Shown: positions 39,243 through 49,754, counted from the stretch's first letter. The stretch: 64,000 bases of DNA from Promethearchaeota archaeon (GCA_016840165.1 JAEOSU010000072.1:128001-192000); one strand, 5' to 3'. Translations and numbers: made by a program. The notes: generated by a model from the sequence alone, not told the origin.

Positions 39243-40979
39243 ATGTATCATTTAGACGGAACAGATATTTTAGACGCAAAATATTATCGGAAGACTTTTA
39301 GTATTTGTCCTGAATGCATGGAACGCATTCCCGCAGTAGTAAAAGAAGACGATGATGGCAAAGTATACATGTATAAGACTTGTGATGAACACGGTGATTT
39401 TAAAGACCTAATAAGCTCTTCTGCGAAGTATTACAAATGGACTCATTATGCTAAAAAAGATAAAGACGGAAAAGTAATATGGCAATTCCAAAAGAACGGA
39501 GAGGCAAACCCCCCTGATTGCGCTTCTGAAGATCCTCGTGGATGTCCTTATAATTGTGGTCTTTGTGCAGAACATCTTTCTACTTGCTCACTTGCACTCA
39601 TCGATCTCACAAATCGCTGTAATTTCAATTGTAACTTCTGCTATGCTAATGTTGAAAAAGCGGGTTATTTGATTGAACCTTCCTTGGAAGAAATCGAGCG
39701 AATCATGGACCATTTCCGAAATAAATCGATACCTGCCGTAGCCATAATGTTTACTGGCGGAGAGCCAACCGTTCGAAAAGATTTTCCTGAAATATGTAAG
39801 ATGGCGAAAGATAAAGGATTTAAGGAGGTCATCGTAGCTACAAATGGATATGGTTTCCAAAAGAAAAATGGCGGATTAGAGTGGACTAAAAAAGTCTATG
39901 AAATGGGGCTTGATACGCTCTATTTACAATTCGATGGTATTAACAACGCGACTTATGAAAAAACGCGGGGAATTAAGAATTTAATGCCTTATAAAATGCG
40001 TGTAATCGAGAACTGCCGAAAAGTAGGGCTTTCTTCAATTAACCTTGTTGCAACTATTGCACGTGGAGTGACAGATATTGAAGTAGGGAATATAATTCAA
40101 TTTTCCCTAGATAATATTGATGTGGTACGCGGGATCACATTCCAACCAGTTTCTCTCTGCGGAAGAATTAGCGCAGAAGATATGAATGAACTAAGAATCA
40201 CTAACGCAGATGTGATCCAAGAGATTGATAATCAAACAAGTGGTAAAATTGGTATAGAAAATTCATGGTATCCTCTTACCACAATCGTTGAGTTTGGCCG
40301 AGTTATAGCCTACTTAGCAGATGTTGAGCCGATTGAGTTTACATGCCATCCTGACTGTGGATTTGCGACATATTTAGTGGTAGATCCCGATACAAACGAA
40401 ATGGTGCCAATTATGGACTATTTTGATCCTTTGAAGGTCATTGATTTTGCCAATCGATTCTGGGAAAAGATTAAACACAAAGAAAAACAACCGATTAAAT
40501 TCTTTGAAAATTTGATGGGTGATGCTGGAAAAACCTTAGATAATGGCTTAAACTTTTTAGATAAAAATCAATTGAAAGCAAGATTCTTGCTCGGTGTTCT
40601 TCAGTATATAAAGAAACCGGGAAAATTAATGGAATTATTTAGTAGACTATTAATGAACGGAGACTGGGAGAGTATCAGCTCATTTACTCATGGAACATTA
40701 CTACTCTCATCGATGCACTTTCAAGATGCGTACAATATGGACATTGAACGTACTAGAAGATGTATTGTCCATTTTGGTGTTGCAATGCCCGATGGTACCG
40801 TAAAGGAGCTCCCATTTTGTACCATGAATACACTCCATCGACCTCAAATCGAAAAACAAGTAGCGAAGAAACTTACTCAGAAAGTCAAGGAAGAGTTTGA
40901 TACGAGTTTAGGTCAAGCACGGGAAGATATTCAACAAGAAGTCGCTCAAAATGGTGGAATTAAAAAGGAGGAGATTTAA
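39243..40979 (+). CDS. tes: Radical SAM tetraether lipid synthase (Tes/GDGT-MAS-like)
   Basis: N-terminal CPEC..KTCDEHG, GCPYNCGLC..H, CNFNCNFC, TGGEP, YLQFDG, FQPVS, CHPDCG, MHFQDAYN, PFC. Confidence 0.88.
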   Translation: MYHLDGTDILDAKYYRKTFSICPECMERIPAVVKEDDDGKVYMYKTCDEHGDFKDLISSSAKYYKWTHYAKKDKDGKVIWQFQKNGEANPPDCASEDPRGCPYNCGLCAEHLSTCSLALIDLTNRCNFNCNFCYANVEKAGYLIEPSLEEIERIMDHFRNKSIPAVAIMFTGGEPTVRKDFPEICKMAKDKGFKEVIVATNGYGFQKKNGGLEWTKKVYEMGLDTLYLQFDGINNATYEKTRGIKNLMPYKMRVIENCRKVGLSSINLVATIARGVTDIEVGNIIQFSLDNIDVVRGITFQPVSLCGRISAEDMNELRITNADVIQEIDNQTSGKIGIENSWYPLTTIVEFGRVIAYLADVEPIEFTCHPDCGFATYLVVDPDTNEMVPIMDYFDPLKVIDFANRFWEKIKHKEKQPIKFFENLMGDAGKTLDNGLNFLDKNQLKARFLLGVLQYIKKPGKLMELFSRLLMNGDWESISSFTHGTLLLSSMHFQDAYNMDIERTRRCIVHFGVAMPDGTVKELPFCTMNTLHRPQIEKQVAKKLTQKVKEEFDTSLGQAREDIQQEVAQNGGIKKEEI

Positions 40980-40981
40980 TC

Positions 40982-41269
40982 ATGTCCGATGAGATAGTGG
41001 AAACGAAAGATGGATTAAAACTACGGAAATTAGTAGAACTCAAAACCTCGACCGCAGAGGAATACCAAAAAGCTATGCTGGATCGGGTGGAATATTTCAA
41101 GGAGAAAAACCAACAAAAGAGTCAATTTAACAGCTTCATTCAAAATACTGTCGTACAAGTATTTAGTACTCTTTTAGATTTAAAAACTAAGGTGGACGAA
41201 AGCCTTGGTGAGGAAAATCTAAAAAAAGTCCATGAAGTATTAGATAGTGTTCTATTATTCGGACTTTAA
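40982..41269 (+). CDS. Hypothetical helical protein coupled to tes
   Basis: Starts 2 nt after the tes stop; GGAGG SD inside the tes 3' end. Confidence 0.8.
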   Translation: MSDEIVETKDGLKLRKLVELKTSTAEEYQKAMLDRVEYFKEKNQQKSQFNSFIQNTVVQVFSTLLDLKTKVDESLGEENLKKVHEVLDSVLLFGL

Positions 41270-41451
41270 ACTAATTATTCGATTTTTTACCTTTTATTTT
41301 TTGAATTTTTTATTATCTTATTTTAAAAGCTAAATTTCTAATCATATTCAATTATATCATTAAGACCAAAAAGTACTTCGATATTTAAATCATAAACGCA
41401 AGGTTTAAAGCATTTTTATTGAATTTAGATCTTGAAGTATGGTGATTTGAG

Positions 41452-41961
41452 ATGGATTTAACCATCAAATTATATGGATCTTTAAAAGAAAAGTATAGAG
41501 CTTTAGCGTCTAATGGAGAGAATAATAATACTATCAAAATTAACGGTAAGAAAAATCATAGAGTCTCTGATATATTAGATAAGTTGGGTATTTCCGAATC
41601 GGAAATAAGCCATATCTTTGTAAATAGTCGATATAGTGGTATAGGCAAAGAAATCAAAGATGGGGATCGTATCGGGATCTTTCCAAAAAATATGGCTATA
41701 ATGTTCGCTGAAATTCCTAAAATCAGTGCTATCTACATCACCGTAAAGCTTTTTGCTACTTTAAGAAAATATGGGCCATCTAGATCGGTGGTAGATGTTC
41801 CCGAGGGAAGTACCATTAAGTCAATAGTTAAAAAGTATAATATCCCGAAAAAGGAAGGGAAACTTATTACACTAATTAATGGTCAACCTTGCCACGAAAA
41901 TGATTGTGTACTGCATGATGGAGATCTTGTCGCAATCTTTCCTCCAATTGGTGGCGGTTGA
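41452..41961 (+). CDS. Tandem ThiS/MoaD (SAMP-like) ubiquitin-fold protein
   Basis: Two units (IKLYGSL..DGDRIGIFP and VKLFATL..DGDLVAIFPPIGGG); GGTGA SD. Confidence 0.88.
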   Translation: MDLTIKLYGSLKEKYRALASNGENNNTIKINGKKNHRVSDILDKLGISESEISHIFVNSRYSGIGKEIKDGDRIGIFPKNMAIMFAEIPKISAIYITVKLFATLRKYGPSRSVVDVPEGSTIKSIVKKYNIPKKEGKLITLINGQPCHENDCVLHDGDLVAIFPPIGGG

Positions 41962-42040
41962 ACCTTTTCTCCAACTTCAAACTAAGAAATAAGATTTTTT
42001 GGAAAGTTATTTTTAAGATTATAATTTAGTTAATGATAAG

Positions 42041-43126
42041 ATGGTCTATAATATATTTACCATACCAGTAACCCTTTTTTTTATTGCAAATGGATTTGGG
42101 CAATTATATTATGGATATAAATTAAAACGTAAATATCCCGCATATCATAATTTCTATAATACAATAGCAATTTGTATATTATGGATTATTGCGGGAGTGC
42201 TATATCCATTGTTTTATGAGAGAGATTTTTTTAATGTAAGGTATTTTGAATGGCTCTCCTTTACAATTATTTGCATCTATGCCCCCCTCTTGATAATATT
42301 TATTCTTTTATATGAGTATATATTTGTTATTAAAAAAAATCCTGAAAAAAAGAAAGATCGCAATTTTGAACAATTTTTTAGTTCATTTAATGATTCAAAT
42401 ACAACTTTTTGTGAGGGAGAAGGACATTCATTTAATACTGACGTCCATAGGAAAATATTTCATTTATTACCAGCAATCTTGATTATTTTTTTATGGCTGT
42501 TTGCGATATATATCTGGGAAGGATTATGGAGTGCAGACTTATTTTGGGGCATTAGCGGACATGAGTATGGGATATTTTTAATTTTAACTGTCGGATATAC
42601 TGCAATTTTTATCTTTGCGGCATTAGATTATGTGAGACTATCATATATTTTTCAAAAAAAGAGTTTATATCATCTTATTCCTCAGGGTGTATCAAATTTA
42701 CTTATTAAGACTTTAAAAAGAGAAGAAAATTGTGAATTTACTAAACCTGTTGCTTTAATTTTGTCATTAGTACCCATCTTTTTTTGGGCTCCATTTAGTA
42801 TTTTTACAGCAGCTGCATTAATTGCGAGTTTAGGAGATGGAGCAGCCTCACTTATAGGTCTAAAATTCGGAAAGTATCATTTTCCAAAAAAAAGTACGAA
42901 AACATTAATAGGGTATTTTAGTGGATTTATCGTTTCATTTATGACTTCAGTATTTGTGTTTTGGTTATTTGAAACTTCTATTATGTGGGAAGGTATTTTG
43001 ATACTTGCTTTTGGAGGAGCTTTAGGTTTCCTTCTCGTTGATTTGATAAGTCTAAAATTTGATGATAATATCCTCAATCCGATTGTTAGTGCATTGATTA
43101 TGTTGATTATTTATATTATTATTTAA
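42041..43126 (+). CDS. CTP-dependent phytol/dolichol/diacylglycerol kinase family membrane protein
   Basis: RKIFH, GDGAASLIG..FG, KTLIG, DDN. Confidence 0.85.
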   Translation: MVYNIFTIPVTLFFIANGFGQLYYGYKLKRKYPAYHNFYNTIAICILWIIAGVLYPLFYERDFFNVRYFEWLSFTIICIYAPLLIIFILLYEYIFVIKKNPEKKKDRNFEQFFSSFNDSNTTFCEGEGHSFNTDVHRKIFHLLPAILIIFLWLFAIYIWEGLWSADLFWGISGHEYGIFLILTVGYTAIFIFAALDYVRLSYIFQKKSLYHLIPQGVSNLLIKTLKREENCEFTKPVALILSLVPIFFWAPFSIFTAAALIASLGDGAASLIGLKFGKYHFPKKSTKTLIGYFSGFIVSFMTSVFVFWLFETSIMWEGILILAFGGALGFLLVDLISLKFDDNILNPIVSALIMLIIYIII

Positions 43127-43143
43127 TCAACATGTTTCTTATA

Positions 43144-46077
43144 TCAGAAAAAGGAATCCATCTTCTTTATCCCTTTAATCTCTTCAAATGTAATTCCAAG
43201 CGCATCTAAGACTTGTTCAAGAGCAGATCGAAGCAATTCTTTATACTTAGGAATATCAATGTCTTGAAGTTTTGCGATTTCTATTGCTTTCGCACCAACA
43301 CTGTCCTTACTTTTAATCAATCGAATGGTATCACCTTTTTGATATTCTCTACCCGTTATATTCTGAAGTTCTATAGCAGCTCTTACATGTTGAGGCATTG
43401 TCTTAGTATAATTGCTAATTTTTTTTTGCATGGAAATGTTGATTGCATAATCTTCTAACGGAAATGCATCAGGGTTTCCTATTTTTTTCAGATTTTCACG
43501 TACAATCTGAATAATTTGCTGCTTTGCTTGTAAGAACTCACTATTATTTGTTATATTTCTTAAAATTCTGAGCATTTGATTAAAGACTTTTTTAATAAAA
43601 TCGGGTGTGTTTTTCTTTTTTGCAAGCAAGCCCTTTATATCGACATATTTAGTATCTTTATAGATTCCTACGTAATTTTTCTTTCGCTGAGAGAGTGCTA
43701 AGAATTGATATGTTTTTTCCTCTTCTAGATCCAAATCCAATTCTTTTTTGCTCCAATCGGAAATCTCTTTTAGTTGCTCTCCCGAAGGGTTTGCTAGAAA
43801 TACGCTGTCGGTATCTCCATAGAGCACTTGCACGCCTATCTCCTCAGCTTTCCGAATAGTCTGTTTAATAGAATATTGTCCAATTCCTGTGGTGCTTTCC
43901 GCTACTGGTAAACAAAATAGGGGAAAGTTTTGACTACCGAATACACCATAAGAACCGTTGATGAATACTTTAAGAGCTTGTTGGATTGTGTGATAATAAC
44001 TTCGTTGTTTCTCAGATAACGATTTATCACTTGATTTTGGTTTGAAATATTTAACTCTGATATCGCGGAAAAAACCTACAACGTAAGCAAAAATACCCAT
44101 TTTGTGGGTACATATATAATACGGCGTACCTCTTACGAGATTATCTTTATCATCATTATGGGGACATAATACTGTTTCATATGAGAGATTGTATTCTTTG
44201 ATAATTGAAGGGTATAGTGATGAAAAATCCATAACCACTACATCAAAATGGATACCAGGGACCGGAGTTACCACGTATGCTCCTTGAAATTTCTCATCAT
44301 TAGCTTTAGACATCATTAATCCTCCTTTCTTCATCTCAGAAATTTCAGATCGGCGTGGAATGAGTAAATTTTTCCTACGATGCTCAAAATAAAAAATATT
44401 TTGAATCCATGTCGAGATTTGCCTTCTAACCATTTCATGAATCGGCATTTTTGTTATGCGGCATAGGAGTATAATTAAATTCCACACTAATGAATTGTTA
44501 AACTGAGTTAATTCTAAGGTTAAAATGGAATCTTTTAAATTATACCATGAAAGTATTCCATATTTCATTTCATGGATTTCCTCTTCATGTTCATATTTCT
44601 TTTTTCCTAATAATGCAGCACTTATGGCATTTAATGAAGCACTACGATACGCTCCACTAAAGGCATACCCTGAAATACTTCGATTAAAGAAAAAATTGAA
44701 AACATCGATATGAATGCCTTTCCGTAAATCACATTCTGCTTTTGATAAGATTCCAAAACCTCTTTTCACTTGAATCGGGTTTAAATCTTTGTCTATTCTT
44801 AACTTTTCTGCACGATGATAGATATAATTCAGATCAAAATTATCTCCATTGAAAGTTATAACAACGGGATATTCCCAGAGAATTCTAAAAGTTTCAGTCA
44901 AGAGTTCTTTTTCTGAAGTGAAGAAATACAGTTCTGCATCGGATGGAAAGTCTTCATGAAGTTTCTTAAAAGTAAAACCTTCACGTTCCAAGACATATAC
45001 CCGTTTTAAGCCATCAGTTGCGACAAAGGAGACACTGATGACTTCTTGTTGCGCTAATCTTGCATCTGGAACACGGTAATCATGTTCTCCTATACTTACT
45101 TCAATATCCATGGCTAGACGCTTAACATCGGGGATAGGAGTAAGAAAGATATCTAAAAACTTTTCTGCGAATTCTATGATTTCTGGTTCTTCGTTTCCAA
45201 AGATCGCACGAAGTTCTCCAGCTAATTTTTTTGATTCTTCATTAATTTCTTCATAATCGATCTTTTGAATCTTACCTTTCTGAATACTATAAATTAACCC
45301 GGGAATTAATTGTGTATCAAAGATGTAGTTTAAATGATAGCGGATATCTGCCTCCCAAGCTTTTAAATCATTTCTCTCTAATATGCTACGAATATTTATC
45401 CCTGACCCGCCGATATCTGAAGGTGTTTTTCCATAGATTTTAGTTAAATCTACTTCTTTATCACTAAGTAAATCGTAGCGTTTTATCGATTCGAATCTAT
45501 TAAATCCAGAATATTCTACTAATTTTTTTTCTTTTTCAAAATCTCCAATTTTATCAACGAATTTAAGATTTTCCAAGATAGAAATATCAGTTTCTTTACT
45601 TAAGCAATAAGGTTCATGATTTGTAGTATCAATCCATATTTTGATATCATGCTGTTCTAAATCATAAAATTTACAGTAGGCTTTATTTTGACCACCATCG
45701 TAATCAACATCAAGAAGTAACCCTCTTTTGAGATTCTGTATAATCTCTCCTTTAGTTATAAGGTAACGAAGATACTTAGAACTTAGCGATTCTCGTTTGA
45801 CTTTTTTTAAGGTAATATCTCCTTCTTTTAAGCCGAAGTTGTATTCTTGCTTATTAAAATATAGTTTTTCAGGAACTTTAGTAGGGCTTTGTTTTGATTG
45901 AGTTTCTGATGTTGAGCTAGATGCGGTTTCTATTTCTAGCTCTTCTTCATCAATTATTAATCCTTCATCCCTAATTTCAACTTTTGGTTTAGCTTTTTTG
46001 GATTCTGGTTTATTTGGCTCCATATAGGAGAAAAGAGATTTTTGTTTTTCATCAGATTCTTTCTTTTTTTTTGCCAC
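43144..46077 (-). CDS. polB: Family B DNA polymerase (PolB1-like) with 3'-5' exonuclease
   Basis: DIE, FNGDNFD, YNLKD; DFSSLYPS, QALKVFINGSYG, YGDTDS, KKNY. Confidence 0.96.
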   Translation of the reverse strand: MAKKKKESDEKQKSLFSYMEPNKPESKKAKPKVEIRDEGLIIDEEELEIETASSSTSETQSKQSPTKVPEKLYFNKQEYNFGLKEGDITLKKVKRESLSSKYLRYLITKGEIIQNLKRGLLLDVDYDGGQNKAYCKFYDLEQHDIKIWIDTTNHEPYCLSKETDISILENLKFVDKIGDFEKEKKLVEYSGFNRFESIKRYDLLSDKEVDLTKIYGKTPSDIGGSGINIRSILERNDLKAWEADIRYHLNYIFDTQLIPGLIYSIQKGKIQKIDYEEINEESKKLAGELRAIFGNEEPEIIEFAEKFLDIFLTPIPDVKRLAMDIEVSIGEHDYRVPDARLAQQEVISVSFVATDGLKRVYVLEREGFTFKKLHEDFPSDAELYFFTSEKELLTETFRILWEYPVVITFNGDNFDLNYIYHRAEKLRIDKDLNPIQVKRGFGILSKAECDLRKGIHIDVFNFFFNRSISGYAFSGAYRSASLNAISAALLGKKKYEHEEEIHEMKYGILSWYNLKDSILTLELTQFNNSLVWNLIILLCRITKMPIHEMVRRQISTWIQNIFYFEHRRKNLLIPRRSEISEMKKGGLMMSKANDEKFQGAYVVTPVPGIHFDVVVMDFSSLYPSIIKEYNLSYETVLCPHNDDKDNLVRGTPYYICTHKMGIFAYVVGFFRDIRVKYFKPKSSDKSLSEKQRSYYHTIQQALKVFINGSYGVFGSQNFPLFCLPVAESTTGIGQYSIKQTIRKAEEIGVQVLYGDTDSVFLANPSGEQLKEISDWSKKELDLDLEEEKTYQFLALSQRKKNYVGIYKDTKYVDIKGLLAKKKNTPDFIKKVFNQMLRILRNITNNSEFLQAKQQIIQIVRENLKKIGNPDAFPLEDYAINISMQKKISNYTKTMPQHVRAAIELQNITGREYQKGDTIRLIKSKDSVGAKAIEIAKLQDIDIPKYKELLRSALEQVLDALGITFEEIKGIKKMDSFF

Positions 46078-46286
46078 GGCTTTAGACCCGATTTATAATA
46101 CTTTTCATTAATCTATTTATTATTATTATAATATTAATTTTAATCTCAACTATTTCGAGTTTAATATAAAAGAAATTAAAAGTATAATATGTTTCTTTAT
46201 TATCTCTAATTTATCTGAAGTAAAATTAATTAATATAGGATTGGTAATAAGAATTAGAAAGGATAAATGCATCTAATTTAAGCAAG

Positions 46287-46643
46287 TTAGCATTTACCTT
46301 GATGTTCTTCTAAAACATTGTTAATTTCTTCTAAGAGGAGTTGTTTCTCGGCAATAAAGAAGTGTAATTTACTTTTTTCTGGATGTTCACTGTAAATTGT
46401 CCCTGCGAGTTCCTTTATTTCTTCCTCAGTTGGTTGGATAAGTTCTCCATTCACATTTTCATTTAACAATAAAACAAGGTTGTCTGTTTCCAATGGTTTG
46501 ATATCATAACCATTTTTTATATTTTTATTTATTTTCACGCAAAGTTCTGCAAGATACCACACACTTTTTCCATAATCTTCTCCAGATTTATATCTCTGGT
46601 ACGCTAAGATTTCTACATCCTCTTTTGTAAACAATTTTTTCAT
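46287..46643 (-). CDS. Hypothetical protein with two DUF2934-like helical repeats
   Basis: EDVEILAYQRY..VWYLAE and EEIKELAGTIY..HFFIAE. Confidence 0.7.
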   Translation of the reverse strand: MKKLFTKEDVEILAYQRYKSGEDYGKSVWYLAELCVKINKNIKNGYDIKPLETDNLVLLLNENVNGELIQPTEEEIKELAGTIYSEHPEKSKLHFFIAEKQLLLEEINNVLEEHQGKC

Positions 46644-46793
46644 CCAACTCCAATAATAATTAGTATTTAATTAAACTAAAGAAAAGTAAGCATTTAATTA
46701 TTTGTATGAATATTGTTCGATGTCAAAACCACAAAATTAATAACAAATTCACTTTTAATATCATATAATTTAGCATTGAATTTTAAATCCCGA

Positions 46794-46923
46794 GCCTCCG
46801 TGGCTTAGCGGTATAGCAGCAGACACAGATTATTAATTTAATCTTGCTGTATTTGTAATCTGCAGGTCGTGGGTTCAAAAGTTTAAAATTTCGAATTTTG
46901 GACTGAAAATCCCACCGGGGGCT
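46794..46923 (+). tRNA. tRNA-Thr(UGU) with introns at 32/33 (46825-46852) and 59/60 (46880-46909)
   Basis: Removing both introns gives a full cloverleaf: GCCTCCG/CGGGGGC acceptor, GCAGA/TCTGC anticodon stem with CT-TGT-AA loop, GTGGG-TTCAAAT-CCCAC T arm, U73; both introns form BHB motifs. Confidence 0.95.
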
Positions 46924-47033
46924 CTTTATCATTAATTAAGTACATAGAATCATCATAGATATCATACTAATTATTTCTTATTCCAAAAATAAAAACACCT
47001 TAAATTTGATAAACTTTAAGGAGTACTTGTCTA

Positions 47034-48617
47034 ATGAATAGCGTTAATAGAATTATTTATTGTATTATCGACGATGTAAGATCGGATCAATTTTTTCAGT
47101 TAATTGAAAAAGATTGGCTACCAAATTTTAAAATATTCTATGAAGAAGGTATTTTTTCGAAAAATTGCGTTACTGATTTCCCAGCTGTCACTTATCCGAC
47201 TCATGTATCTATGATTACAGGGACACATACAGGTAATTATCAAGAAGAATTATGTCATGGAGTTCCATTATTTAATTGGATGGAACGTGCAGTTGCTCCT
47301 CCTTTTTTTCGATCTTATGATACCGTTGGGTCTGATGAGTGGATTCAAATATATAAAATGAATGAAGATATAGGTAAAAATTGCCAAACAATATTGGAAA
47401 TGATTAAGGAAGGAAATAAGGCAAGTATCCTGCAGTTTATAAATAGAGGTGCCGATTATTTTTACCCCGAAACGAAAATAAAATTAATATTTTATTATTT
47501 ACTTCTTAAAAATTCAAGAAAGGTTGAAAAATATCTCTATCGCATGAATAACATAGCTATTCAAAATTTAATAGATACTTTTAAGCATCCAAAAAAGTAT
47601 TTTGAGAGCAATGAGCCGCCTATCGCAAGTTTGCTCTGGTTTGTGTCACCAGATATTCTTTTACATTTATATGGCTCGAAATCTAAACAATATCTCCTTA
47701 ATATGAGGCATATAGATACGGTTTTTGGATTCATGCTAAAGAAACTTAAGCAAATGGGTTATTTAGATGATACAGCTATCGCGGTCGCCTCTGACCATGG
47801 AAATTACGCTGTCAAAACCTTTGGTAATCTCTCAAATTTCATTCAAAAATATAAGCTTTATAACTACCATCCCCGAAAGAATGTGAAGGGAACTATTAAC
47901 TTTACAAAGTTTGGAGGAATAGGTTTTATCAATGTAAAACCTAGAGATTGTTATTCAAAATCATATTGGAATCTTCCACAAGTAAAAGATCTAGAAATAT
48001 ATGGTCCTAAAAGAATTAATTTGCTTTCTGAACTTTTTAAAATCCAAGGCTGTGAATTAATGTACTATAAAGACGATAATAATCGTGATGATAAGGGAAT
48101 TATCCACTTAAAGAGAAAAATTAAAAATTCGGGCCAAATAATTTCAGGGTATCTGGAATATCGTAGACAAGGAAAAGATTTTCAGATAAAATACTATAAT
48201 GAAAGTCAAAATCACGATATATTTGGTTACGATAAGAATGAAAATTCCTCTAGATTGATAGATAATAAATTTCACACTCCTGAAGAATGGTTAGAAAACA
48301 CTTTTCATGTAAATTATCCTTGTTATCCGGAACTAATCTCAAGGCACTTTAAAAACCCACGTGGGGGTGATATAGTTATAAGTACTAAAGGTTCTGTGGT
48401 ATATAATATTGCACATGGAAAACAAGAAGATACAAGTCCTTATGTACATGACTTAGGGTTAAGAAATTGCTCTATTGTTCCATTACTAATTGGAGGCGCA
48501 AAAGAAATCCCTCATGAGGAAATAAAGTTCTGCAAAACCGTTGATATAGTTCCCACCTTATTAAATATGATTCATATTAAGCCACATGAAAGTACGATGG
48601 GCCATAGTGTAATTTAA
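47034..48617 (+). CDS. Alkaline phosphatase superfamily (nucleotide pyrophosphatase/phosphodiesterase-like)
   Basis: IIDD, FPAVTYP Thr nucleophile, D...H, SDHG, HD. Confidence 0.87.
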   Translation: MNSVNRIIYCIIDDVRSDQFFQLIEKDWLPNFKIFYEEGIFSKNCVTDFPAVTYPTHVSMITGTHTGNYQEELCHGVPLFNWMERAVAPPFFRSYDTVGSDEWIQIYKMNEDIGKNCQTILEMIKEGNKASILQFINRGADYFYPETKIKLIFYYLLLKNSRKVEKYLYRMNNIAIQNLIDTFKHPKKYFESNEPPIASLLWFVSPDILLHLYGSKSKQYLLNMRHIDTVFGFMLKKLKQMGYLDDTAIAVASDHGNYAVKTFGNLSNFIQKYKLYNYHPRKNVKGTINFTKFGGIGFINVKPRDCYSKSYWNLPQVKDLEIYGPKRINLLSELFKIQGCELMYYKDDNNRDDKGIIHLKRKIKNSGQIISGYLEYRRQGKDFQIKYYNESQNHDIFGYDKNENSSRLIDNKFHTPEEWLENTFHVNYPCYPELISRHFKNPRGGDIVISTKGSVVYNIAHGKQEDTSPYVHDLGLRNCSIVPLLIGGAKEIPHEEIKFCKTVDIVPTLLNMIHIKPHESTMGHSVI

Positions 48618-48647
48618 TTATTAATTGGAAGAAATAAAAGCTAAGGG

Positions 48648-49754
48648 TTATTTTTCTGAAAACTTTTTGGGAGGGATAAACACATCCCTCGGACCCAATC
48701 GCTCTAAATTAATTGCTTGTTCAGGGCAATGATGTGCACAAACACCACATCCAATACATTTTGTTTCATCAATTACTGCGATGTCATCAACTAAATCAAT
48801 TGCTTCTACTGGGCATTTCTGCTCACAAGTACCACAGCCAATACAATCTTCATCGGAAATTCTTGCAATATAGGAAGTTATGGTATGTAGCGGCATAACT
48901 CCTCGATAATACATCTGAAATGGCCCACAGCAGCATTTACAGCAATTACAGATCGCTTCAATATTATTTTTTGTATCTAGATGTACATGAAAGACCTTAT
49001 GGACTAAACCGTAATCCTCTGCCTCTTGAAAGATCTTTAGCGCATCTTCTTTAGAGATTTTTTGACCAAAATTCTGTTCGATAACAAACTGAGCACTTTT
49101 GTCAAAGAAAAAACAATTTTGTTTAGGTGCATTTAATTTACATGGATCATCCACTAGCTCTTTTTCAGTTCTACAATAACAATTTGAAACTGCAATATTA
49201 TCATAGTTGTTTAGTATTATTTTGATCTCTTCATATGGCATAACACTTTCAGTCCCAGGTTCAATTTGCTCTTCCACAGGTACGATTCTATCAAGAGCTG
49301 GTAAAGTTCTAAATTGTTCAATTATCGTGTCGTAATTTTTCTGAGTACCTTCTTTTAATTCTTCGAAAATTTCTTCAAAGAGATGAGCCTTTTTCCGATT
49401 TTTCTCCGTATTTCCACCTCGTAAAAATTGGTATTCAAATAAACCGGGCCACATAGGTAATAACCGATAAACCATAATACCTGTCGTTCGACTTGGAACC
49501 CCAACAATTACCCCTTGTTTCATCAGATCATTCAGTATTTCATGGATTTTGCTTAGACCTAATTTTGTTTTTTCCTTAATTTGTTCCAGATTCATAGTCT
49601 GTGTTTTAAAATTCAAAATAAATTGTGCTTGCTCTTCCGTCATGATGAGCTTTAATAATTCTATCACCGTAGAACTAATAGGCATAGGCATTTTACCAAC
49701 TTTCGCAATTGTTCTCGCGGCACGATACCATAACTTTTCAGACTGTTCTGACAT
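48648..49754 (-). CDS. Multi-Fe-S protein with N-terminal wHTH-like region and C-terminal 2x[4Fe-4S] domain
   Basis: CYCR, CNCCKCCCG, CIGCGTCEQKCP, CIGCGVCAHHCP; ATG 49754 preferred. Confidence 0.88.
   Translation of the reverse strand: MSEQSEKLWYRAARTIAKVGKMPMPISSTVIELLKLIMTEEQAQFILNFKTQTMNLEQIKEKTKLGLSKIHEILNDLMKQGVIVGVPSRTTGIMVYRLLPMWPGLFEYQFLRGGNTEKNRKKAHLFEEIFEELKEGTQKNYDTIIEQFRTLPALDRIVPVEEQIEPGTESVMPYEEIKIILNNYDNIAVSNCYCRTEKELVDDPCKLNAPKQNCFFFDKSAQFVIEQNFGQKISKEDALKIFQEAEDYGLVHKVFHVHLDTKNNIEAICNCCKCCCGPFQMYYRGVMPLHTITSYIARISDEDCIGCGTCEQKCPVEAIDLVDDIAVIDETKCIGCGVCAHHCPEQAINLERLGPRDVFIPPKKFSEK

Noticed and set aside
46910-46923. tRNA 3' end as attachment site of an integrated element
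   Set aside because: I found no second copy of the tRNA 3' end and no integrase in the window
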